Of a stretch of 64,000 bases of DNA, positions 24,576-31,764 are shown in pieces. Location: the NCBI GenBank assembly GCA_051362555.1, contig CM120647.1:744001-808000 (forward strand), in the 5' to 3' direction. Numbering within the stretch: the first letter of the stretch is position 1; each line of letters starts with the position of its first letter. A program made the position numbers and the translations under genes. Below the pieces are notes generated by a model, which saw only the letters and a program-made list of their open reading frames with translations, did no database searches and had not been told where the DNA came from. The stretch comes from Lingula anatina (taxonomy: Eukaryota > Animalia > Brachiopoda).

Positions 24576-26758
24576 AAATAAATTAGATATCCCGTTTTTA
24601 AGATAAATTATAATACTGAGTGAATTTTACCTGGTGAATTTTTTTTTTTTTTTTTTACAATGATCAATAGCTAGCTTTTTTCTTTCTCTTCTTCTTCTTT
24701 ACTTTTATTTATTTATTTCATTTTTTTTTTTTTTTGGGGGGGGGGGGAGTGGTGCAAAGGTTTTTTCCACCCAGTACTTTTATTCCATCCAGTACTTTTA
24801 TTAAATTTCGAGATTTTTTACACCCAGTACTTTTATTCCATCAGTACTTTTATTAAATTTTGAGATTTTTTCCACCCAGTACTTTTATTCCATCAGTTCT
24901 TTTATTCGATACTTCAGAGTAGGCTGTATTCCCAGAGCTTTTAGATCGATCTATCCCCACGGGGAGTCTCACTAGATTACTGTCAGATAATCCGGCTTAA
25001 ATGTCTGTCCTGCCTACTACAAGCTGTAAGGGGGTAATTAACTTTAGCGTGAACCCCCAGGGAGTTAGGTCGATCTAAAGTAGATTGATCTAATCTCTGG
25101 AAATGGGGTCTTATTCATCCTAGTGTTAGCTGACCTTGCAAGGAATTCAGTTTATTGGAATGTATTTCTGAATAACAAGTTAAGAAAATTCACTATTTCT
25201 CTAAAGAGACAAAACAACTGTCACTTTTACTTACTTTTTTTGATTATTTTGATAAAGTTAGTTGCAGTATTGATAAACAAAGTATCGCGTTTTCAACAAT
25301 TAATATTTTAAAATATAATCCATGTCTGCAAGGTTGTGTCAATGACCAAAATACAACGTTGAGTCAACGTCACATTATGACGGTGTTTCAACGTGGCTGG
25401 ATCAACGTTGATTCTACGTTGAATTTAGGTAGATCAACGGCAATTCAATGTATCAACCTCTTTTCAACGTTGATCCAATGCAACTATGCCTGCTGGGTAC
25501 CTGGAGTTTTCTGAAATTCTGTTGTATCTCGGTCTCTGTCACATATTGTCTGGACATTTTCTTGCATTTCTGAAAACAAAATAGAAGGTCTCAAGTTGTA
25601 TTTTATCTGCAGTGTTATGTTGCTAATATCATAATTTCAAATTCAATTACATCCAAGAAAAGGTCAGAGATGGATTTTTTTCAGAATCAGAACGTAAACC
25701 ACAAAAATTCCACTGTGCATAAATTTTACTGATATTGAAAAAAAATGTCTAAACCATAAAATGCATATGGTCATACCTTTTGTCATTTGGAGTTGCTGAC
25801 CTTGCGTTGATCTTAAAGATGCAAGTTCTCCTCTTCCTTTTTCTAGATGAAATTGGATATTCTGCGAGTCTTCTTTTTGTGCAGCTTTGACCTCTTCCAT
25901 GAACTTCTGTGTCTGCTTAAATTTGTCCTTCAGCTCTGACTGACCTATGTCCATCTGTGTGACTCTTTGAGAGATTTCCTCAAGTTTATTATGTGTATTT
26001 TGAGCGACACTGTCCATCTTCTTGAGAATAGTGTCTTCACTTCTTTTATGAACCTGTTCCACATGGTCCTGCAGCTTTGTTTCACCTTCTTTCAATTCAT
26101 GTATGACTTTTACCAGCTGATCTTTCACATCTTTGTCATAATCACACCATTCTTTCAGAATGTTCTGGTTTCTCTCCAGTAAAGCAGCATCAAGAGGTTT
26201 AGACAAGATGGCATCATAGTCCTCATCGGTGTACATACTAGAGAGAGCCAGCAAATTGGACTTGAGCCCTGAGAAATGTGCCCTGAAATCTTGATCACTA
26301 ATTGCTGCCTTGTTAGCATGACCATACACAATGTTTCGATATCTTTTAACTCGCCCAATCGTGGCTTCTCTTGATGTGTCTGAGTCAGAGGGGTTGTCCC
26401 ATGCATTCAACGGTGGTCGTGGATTCAATGTTGTGATATTTCTCAGCATAAGCACAGTCAATGTGATGTCTAAATCACCAACAGTCACTGATGAGGAGGG
26501 GTTTCCACCAGGATACAGCTGGTTTTGTTGATGTACATTAAGTACTCTGGATCGTACTAGTCTATCCAGTTTTGTTCTGACAATTCCATCACCAAGCACC
26601 CCACGTAACAACCCAGTGCTCAGGTCAAATAAATTGGGATACTTTGTTGTAAGCTCTTTCTGAAGAACATCTTGCAAAACTTTCAAGGCATTATCTACAA
26701 TTAATACAGTCATACGAAAAAAATTCTCCTGGTCAGGGTTGGAACTTGCTGTTGCCAT
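2477..26758 (-). CDS. Multi-exon gene (3' end off window): HEPN (DZIP3-type) + coiled coil + TRADD-N-like + TDRD9/Spindle-E-like DExH RNA helicase, at least 1,986 aa
   Basis: 14 exons joined by hand, all GT-AG with matching phases: 26758-25777, 25569-25501, 23157-22504, 22145-21849, 21386-21053, 20804-20618, 19843-19662, 16615-16304, 11368-11211, 10069-9963, 9672-9453, 8929-8666, 5093-3332, 2907-2477 (5,959 nt, no stop). Helicase motifs appear in order: GETGSGKST, EPRQLAA, TTGALL, DEVH, SAT, VFLDG, LHSQ, TNIAE, QRKGRTGR, then HA2. Confidence 0.85.
3332..5093 (-). CDS. Large exon: HA2 domain and long C-terminal region
   Basis: ITMLGHLAMQLPVDLKLSRLVLYGILFGCPVEGIILAAALASKDPF is an HA2 signature, TDRD9-like. 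1,762 nt open; donor AG|GTATAA. Confidence 0.9.
5150..8380. mobile_element. Older diverged copy of the Helentron-like family at 11853-15150, interrupted by the 6146-8177 insertion
   Basis: Shares aaagtaggtcaaaggtcaa units, tgaccttgaa...tcaaatcc and gacaagggtgcattgcaa with 12000-14200. Similarity resumes directly after 8179. Boundaries are approximate. Confidence 0.55.
6146..8177. mobile_element. Non-autonomous DNA transposon with CCCAG termini (EnSpm/CACTA-like)
   Basis: Perfect TIR CCCAGCGGGCA...TGCCCGCTGGG, TA duplicated on both sides, and dense subterminal TCAACGTTGA/TCAACATTGA repeats at both ends. Confidence 0.8.
8666..8929 (-). CDS. Exon: motif VI end and winged-helix region
   Basis: GRTGRVFEEGNLVIRLYT...PDIQTAPLEKVVLK...TIEPPDISNIDDGIKVLWENGAF. 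Confidence 0.93.
9453..9672 (-). CDS. Exon: helicase motif V and start of motif VI
   Basis: IPPEDQGDAF...VVLTTNIAENAVTVPQVRVVIDLG...ISKASAKQRK. Confidence 0.93.
9963..10069 (-). CDS. Exon: RecA2, motif IVa (LHSQ)
   Basis: GMLSIEKLGDALGEF...LRVIVLHSQ. Not in the ORF track; phases 1-0 fit both neighbours. Confidence 0.88.
10172..11170. repeat. 28-bp minisatellite, about 35 copies
   Basis: Unit gtgttagatgtgacagtgaggtgtgaat fills almost the whole intron 10070-11210. Confidence 0.95.
11211..11368 (-). CDS. Exon: RecA2 start, motif IV
   Basis: IVVSLIQEYLKPGETLVVFLDG; acceptor ggttttag, donor G|GTAAGA. Confidence 0.85.
11460..11740 (+). mobile_element. Degenerate tRNA-derived SINE, possibly with a Meta-type central domain
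   Basis: tRNA-like head (gatggctagagtgtctgc...ggagtgggtctgaccc) followed by aaatggtacctgctgtctcctcgcttgacactcagca, which resembles the MetaSINE core as I recall it. Confidence 0.4.
11853..15150. mobile_element. Helentron-like non-autonomous element with a 146-bp satellite array and a duplicated 3' end
   Basis: Starts ACTAGAGG within (AAT)n. Subterminal TGTACCACCAGC at ~11891. About 7 copies of a 146-bp unit at ~12045-13050. Terminal hairpin TGTACCGCCAGCG-ctaa-CGCTGGTGGTACA at ~14294 and 15121; 13502-14322 is repeated at 14323-15150. Confidence 0.7.
13300..13588. mobile_element. MITE with TA target duplication, filled with palindromic repeats
   Basis: TIR CGGAAGCCGACTGGTGCCATATG / CATATGGCACCAGTCGGCTTCCG flanked by TA. 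Interior has 5 copies of the perfect palindrome TATCTCGAAATTTCGAGATA. Confidence 0.8.
16304..16615 (-). CDS. Exon: RecA1-RecA2 junction with acidic insert
   Basis: YFQ...HPVTEVYLEDI matches the DEAH F/Y-P-V-x-x-x-Y-L-E-D motif; an acidic run follows. Phase 2-2. Confidence 0.88.
18445..19216. mobile_element. IS3EU-like non-autonomous foldback element
   Basis: Termini TATGGGCGGCGG...CCGCCGCCCATA, ~180-bp inverted arms, and a 6-bp target duplication CACCAG (18439-18444 and 19217-19222). TAY...RTA ends with a 6-bp TSD are typical of IS3EU. Confidence 0.75.
19662..19843 (-). CDS. Exon: helicase motif II (DEVH) and motif III (SAT)
   Basis: YTHIILDEVHERRMEFDLLL...KLVLMSATM. Confidence 0.95.
20618..20804 (-). 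CDS. Exon: helicase motifs Ia and Ib
   Basis: ILVAEPRQLAAVTLAERVS...VGCTVGY...TKITFVTTGALLE. Confidence 0.93.
21053..21386 (-). CDS. Exon: helicase RecA1 start, Walker A
   Basis: LPITSHREQIVSQIQDNVVTFITGETGSGKSTQVPQYIL is typical of DEAH/RHA helicases. Confidence 0.93.
21849..22145 (-). CDS. Exon: ~99-aa alpha/beta module of uncertain family
   Basis: Open frame AMIYEDLKMTVRK...LRELGVMTINIGSQTLRLT with canonical splice sites, phase 1-1. Confidence 0.75.
22504..23157 (-). CDS. Exon: Ser/Thr/Pro-rich linker + TRADD-N-like domain
   Basis: MEYMKDYRAMIYDTKRQCFILRLVCPSVHSLDQLWQSYRCGELQAAVEESFV...LEDLGLSRSDINLWVEMDEDDYNECRKYI fits the C-x-S-xx-SL-xx-LW-xx-Y-xx-G-x-L pattern of invertebrate TRADD-like N-terminal domains. 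Phase 1-1. Confidence 0.7.
23435..25497. mobile_element. Second CCCAG-terminated DNA transposon with nested insertions
   Basis: CCCAGTGGGCA...TGCCTGCTGGG with TA on both sides and subterminal CAACGTTG repeats. Confidence 0.75.
23821..24919. mobile_element. Tc1/mariner-type non-autonomous element nested in 23435-25497
   Basis: TA-CTCTGAAGTATCAAATAAA ... TTTATTCGATACTTCAGAG-TA, with subterminal ccacccagtacttttatt repeats. Confidence 0.75.
25501..25569 (-). CDS. Small linker exon (EMQENVQTICDRDRDTTEFQKTP)
   Basis: Acceptor ttttgttttcag, 69 nt, phase 1-1, open frame, donor CAG|GTACCC. Not in the ORF track. Confidence 0.6.
25777..26758 (-). CDS. Exon: DZIP3-like HEPN domain followed by a coiled coil
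   Basis: QENFFRMTVLIVD...DLDITLTVLMLRNI...WDNPSDSDTSREATIGRVKRYRNIVYGH...ISDQDF matches the HEPN_DZIP3 pattern, with an R-N-x4-H motif. A Q/E/K/L-rich helical tail follows. ATG in ACC-ATG-G context; splice acceptor at 26800; donor G|GTATGA at 25777. Confidence 0.85.
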
Positions 26759-27137
26759 GGTGACTGTCACTTCTACCAGTACATATCTTCCCGCCTTAAC
26801 TGAAATGTAAGATAGATTTTGTCATTTCCAATGAATGCATGATATTTAAAGTGTCAAAATTCAATACACCAGTTATCTATCAACAAATTACCTGAAATAG
26901 GTTAATTTTTTTTCTGAACTACTTGTAAACATTTAGCTCTGCTTTAATTCAAACTACATCAATTTATACAAGCAGAGATGATAGGATGATAATAATAGTA
27001 ATAATAATAATAATAAACTTTATGTAAAGAGGGTAAACAATATTAAGTGTATACACTTAGGGTCTATTCCCATAACTTTAGTTCGATCTATCACCGCGGG
27101 GAGTCTCACCAGACTACCGTCAGATAATCCCCCTTAA

Positions 27138-27787
27138 AGCAATAATAAGTCTTCGTTTGAGATTCAAAATTCCGCAAGAAATACATTCTAAACAACACAC
27201 GGAAATATATTATACTGCATTTCACCAGTAAAATGGCTGTTATTGTAGTAAAACTAAAAACTGTGCTTGTCAATAGGGCTTTTGGTGCCTTTCTTCCCGG
27301 TCGTCAAGGCATTCGTTGCCAAGGATTTTGGCGCATCACGCGGATTCTCGCGTGCATTCGAGACCAAAATAAAGTGGCGGGATAAGATATAGCACAATCC
27401 TCAGACGTAAGTTGCAAGTTTTTGTTCAGTAGGTCGATAACAAATAGCCCAGAACTGCACACGTTGTGGATATATGCATTCTGAGCAAGAAGACAATTAT
27501 ATCGTATGAATCTTTTTTTGTTGTAATAAAGTGTTGTTGTTGTCAGCTTTTCCGGCGGTTTTAAGTAGGTCATCAGAAAAACCCCTCTCGATATGCTATG
27601 TCAGAGAGAGCTCCGTCAGTTAAAATCTCTTAAGAGATTTTAACAAAAAACCAAGCGTTTAGGAAAAAAAAACCTGGACTAACTTTGAATGCAGGAATGG
27701 GGTCGTTGACCATTGGTGAGTACGGGAAAATTGTCGTTTACGCCAGGAAAATCCAATTTTTGGCCAAAACGAAGAGTTATTATGACT
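27138..27787. mobile_element. Kolobok-like non-autonomous DNA transposon
   Basis: TTAA-AGCAATAATAAGTCTTCGTTT ... AAACGAAGAGTTATTATGACT-TTAA. The host repeat (27060-27926) has an uninterrupted paralog at ~24922-25110 with a single TTAA. Confidence 0.8.
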
Positions 27788-28560
27788 TTAAGTGTCCGTC
27801 TCCGCCCACTACAAGCCGTAAGGGGCAATTAACTTTTGTGTCCGCACGGCTGACAGCTATTCAGTGCGAACCCCCAGGGAGTTAGGTCGATCCAAAGTAG
27901 GTCGATCTAATCTATGGAAATGGGGTGATATATTACACATCACCCAAGGATACAGGTCATACATGTAGTTGTATTTATCCTTGTAAAAGATGGTTAGACA
28001 CGAATTGTCTGATGTACATGTAGTACAGTACTAATGTAATGTGGTACAGGTACAGTGTGTAGTTATTTATACTATAACTTCACAAAAGTACTGCCCCTTA
28101 CGATAAATAGCTACTGGATCCTCAGGAAATTGGCCCATGTATGATGTAATGTGCTACAGAAGACACTACTGCTCAGATCATTAATGATCTCTCCATCTCC
28201 AGTAATCTGGACAATACCTGACTATTACCATACGTACATACAAATAACTACCGCTACCTTTAAAAATCGCAGACAGTTTATCAACAACATATAGCCCTGC
28301 TCTTATCGGTATAGTAATTAAGGCCAAAGCTTCAAAGGATAATGTTTATTTAGAAAATGGTTTCGGTGACCATTTTTGTTATCTTTTTACATATGAAATA
28401 AAGCAAATAGCTTCTCATATTTCACAATGCTTGCAGTACACACATGTATCTTGTCATTTCCGTAGTCAGAGGCGATGGGCGAGCACTTTAGTTTTTAAAC
28501 ATGTAATCACCTACCTCATTCTTCCCGTAGAAGTCCATTAGGTAAATAAAGAATACAATA

Positions 28561-28905
28561 GGTAAAATACTCAACATTAATTTTAAAAACAACGCTTCAA
28601 ACTTGTGCCATTTCTGTAAAACATTGATAATCACGAAAATCGAAGCGCGACCCGGATCAAGCACAGCAAACAGTAACAGCAAAACTATGCTTCCGGGGTT
28701 TTTATGATATAAATTTCGCAAATAATATTTTTAATTAGTACATCAAAACGTAATTAAATTTGGCAAATTGGCATAAATAAAATCAACTAAAATATCTATA
28801 GATGCCACTGAATTATGGGCACATTTTGTACAAAATATAATTTAAAATATCATGTAAAACTAAAACTCACACACGCCATAGGTCCGCATTAGTGTCCTAA
28901 TTCTC
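28561..28905. repeat. ~345-bp dispersed repeat, copy 1
   Basis: Colinear with 41102-41443 in direct orientation (ggtaaaata...aacgcttcaaacttgtgc...acacgccataggtccgca...tgtcctaattctc). Confidence 0.9.
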
Positions 28906-29258
28906 GCCCAATTTGGAACATATGATGCTGCCTCGCTTTAGGAGAAACCGGCAATCCAGGTCAGAAACGGCAAATTAGGACACAGGCAAATCAGGACAGT
29001 TGTAAATAGATGGCGCAGTAGTAGAGTATAGAGGACATTGTGCTTTTCGGTGCAAAGATGAAAGATCGCTTTCGTCGGAGACAACAATGCATTGTATTAA
29101 ATTGGATTAAATCTATTTACATTTTTCTTTTTACATTTTTCTTTCTACAGAGTTTGGAAATATTTTATATAGATATTATAAAGATATAAATTAAAGTCGT
29201 TTGGGGAAAAAGAAATGTTAGGGGCCTATCTTGAATTTTTGCAAGGGTTTAGATCTAT

Positions 29259-29617
29259 TGACCCATTAGAGCCTGCGTCATCAAAACAAACGGCAGCCAT
29301 ACTGGAGGGAGACCGGAATCGTCTGCTGCGCCTGAACAAGCCATGTCTGTAGTTCAGTTTTCGTTTTCTGTATTTTCTTTGATATTTAACCGAGCAATAT
29401 GATGAATTACTGCAGATTATTTGATCTAGAGAAGATAACTAACTTTATTAGCGTTCACAGACTGCCTGCAGTGGTAACAATCCATGGTGAAGGAACTAAA
29501 ACCATAAACGGAGGAGAGACGGCGAGGTGGCTTTGAATCAAGACTCTTCGGAAAAGTAAAGGATAAAACTAATTTATTTTATAGCAAAGAATGAAGAGCC
29601 AGCTGTGCAGATTTTAC
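29259..29617 (+). mobile_element. ISL2EU-like DNA transposon, one end with a THAP remnant, cut by the BEL LTR
   Basis: Terminus AT-TGACCCATTAG. 29399-29536 translates MMNYCRLF...SVHRLPAVVTIHGEGTKTI then, after a frameshift, TEERRR, like a THAP N-terminus. Inverted copy of 31370-31725. Confidence 0.65.
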
Positions 29618-29908
29618 TGTCAAATATTGTTATGATTGTAAGCGATTGTGTTGGATTGTGTTGGATGTGTTGTACGGTGGGTCCCCCTGGTGGTAAAAGG
29701 GGAAAAAGAGTGAGTAGTGCTTCGAGGTTGAAGAGTGCACATGTGGACTCCATGCGGAGTTCTGATATTTTTTTGGACACGTGTTTTTTTCCATGTTAGG
29801 AGTAGACTCCATGTGGAGTTGTGATACACACGTGGAATGTACTGTAAAACTGTAAAACAATAAAAAAAAAATAGAACCAGCGCAAGTTTTATTACTTTAT
29901 CTACAACA
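29618..29908 (+). repeat. BEL/Pao 5' LTR
   Basis: TGTCAAATATTG...CTACAACA with AATAAA near its end; a handful of differences from the 3' LTR. Confidence 0.93.
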
Positions 29909-29938
29909 ATTTTGGTGCCGCGAGCCGGGAGTTCATAT

Positions 29939-30704
29939 TAACCCATTACAGTGACGTCATATTTGCTCCGTAACACTAGTCCCGCGGCCATGCTGGGGGG
30001 AATGAACGACGGGGAATAGTAGCGGTAATATAGGTGAACCAAATAAAATAAAATAAACTTCATATCGCGATCGAGTACACCAAAGGGAAAAGGATATATA
30101 CAAGCTGAAGCTTCAGCTGCTCAGCAGGATCGACCAATATGAACTCAACACAGTCTATAAACATGAAATCCTACCAAATGCTACTTATCCAACATCGTGT
30201 TGTCAGAAGATAGTTCAGTTATCTTGTACTTCATTTTTCTTGTTCATTGGGTAATAACAGTTATAGTTTGAGAGAGTTTAATGTGTAATCATAAGTTTAA
30301 CCTTACATAGAAGCAACTTTTTTCATAAAGGATAGATATAAGGAGAAATTTGAGCTGATCATCAGGATAAACCCTTGTGGACTCAAGGAAGAATGTATGC
30401 AGGATTGTCATAAAGTATGACGTGAAATATTGCTGTCAGTTATGACTTATCTCTACATCGTGAGGCTGTCAGAAATTATTTCAACATTCTTGTACTTCAT
30501 ATTGGTTCATAAGAAAGTACATGTAACAAGACTGTTGTTTGAGAGAGCTTATTATTCACCATGCAACCATTCATATAAGCAACATGTTAGGATTTTATTA
30601 TTAGTTCAGTCATTCACAGAAGCAAGGCATTTTTCACACTTATGTATTTATGATGTCCAATGTTAAATAACAATAATTCAGTTCATGAATTGATCTTCAT
30701 TTCT

Positions 30705-30749
<45 letters not shown>

Positions 30750-31725
30750 ATAATTTACTTGCGCCCAATCAGTGTGGCTTGGTGGGAAATGCCAGTCAAT
30801 TTCCTAAATGTAAATTAATAGAAAGATGACAATAGTGATTTTTATTCGTATTGTAACTTACAACATTACAGTTGAAAGGAGCAGAATTTAACATTTTTAC
30901 AGAGGAAAGTGCAAATTCATTGCATGAGGTTATATGTCAATTACACCTGAGGTAGAATTTACTTGCAAAATAAAATAACTCTTATCACTACACCAAATCG
31001 AAAATTAAGCCACTAACTTCCAAATGCACCTCATACAGGTAATTGATTTAATTGGCCCAGCTCAGCTGTGTGCAGTACAAATATAGCCTTGACACTAATT
31101 GGCAATAATGCTAACCAGGTATTAAAGAGGTAGGTGACAGCCGATAAAATCTAGAGAGCACCGTAACTGATAACAAATTACACCCAAGGCAATAGGTGAC
31201 CCTTCATTATAAAAGTCGAAACCCTGCCTGGGTATTTCCACACGTTTTAACTGATTAACACACTCTCCACCCAAACTTTTTGGGCACTACTTTAAATATA
31301 TATGAAGTGTACGTGCGCCCCAAATGTACACACCTAGGTCTTTGGTTTTCTACTGTTTTTTCTTTTATGGTAAAATCTGCACCGCTGGCTCTTCATTCTT
31401 TGCTATAAAATAAATTAGTTTTATTTACTTTTCCGAAGAGTCTTGATTCAAAGCCACCTCGCCGTCTCTCCTCCGTTTATGGTTTTAGTTCCTTCACCAT
31501 GGATTGTTACCACTGCAGGCAGCCTGTGAACGCTTGTAAAGTTAGTTATCTTCTCTCGATCAAATAACCTGCAGTAATTCATCATTTTGCTCGGTTAAAT
31601 ATCAAAGAAAATACAGAAAACGAAAACTGAACTACAGACATGGCTTGTTCATGCGCAGCAGACGATTCCGGTCTCCCTCCAGAATGGCTGCCGTTTGTTT
31701 TGATGACGCAGGCTCTAATGGGTCA
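29939..31725 (-). mobile_element. ISL2EU-like non-autonomous DNA transposon inserted between the BEL PBS and gag ATG
   Basis: Imperfect TIRs TAACCCATTACAG / CTCTAATGGGTCA with AT duplicated on both sides. THAP remnant on the minus strand at the right end. Plus strand at ~30057-30200 (SYRDRVHQREKDIYKLKLQLLSRIDQYEL...ILPNATYP) and ~30327-30460 (KDRYKEKFELI) resembles the N-terminus of the second, exonuclease-type ISL2EU protein. Confidence 0.7.
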
Positions 31726-31764
31726 ATTGCAGGACTACAGCGTCACGGATTTGAACGCTTAGCC

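Noticed and set aside
29574-29860. Short ORFs repeated at 37250-37608
   Set aside because: They lie in the two BEL LTRs; the duplication reflects LTR identity, not genes.
31645-31764. N-terminal 40 codons of the 1,821-aa ORF
   Set aside because: Starts at TTG inside the inserted DNA transposon end; the plausible gag start is gccATG at 31765.
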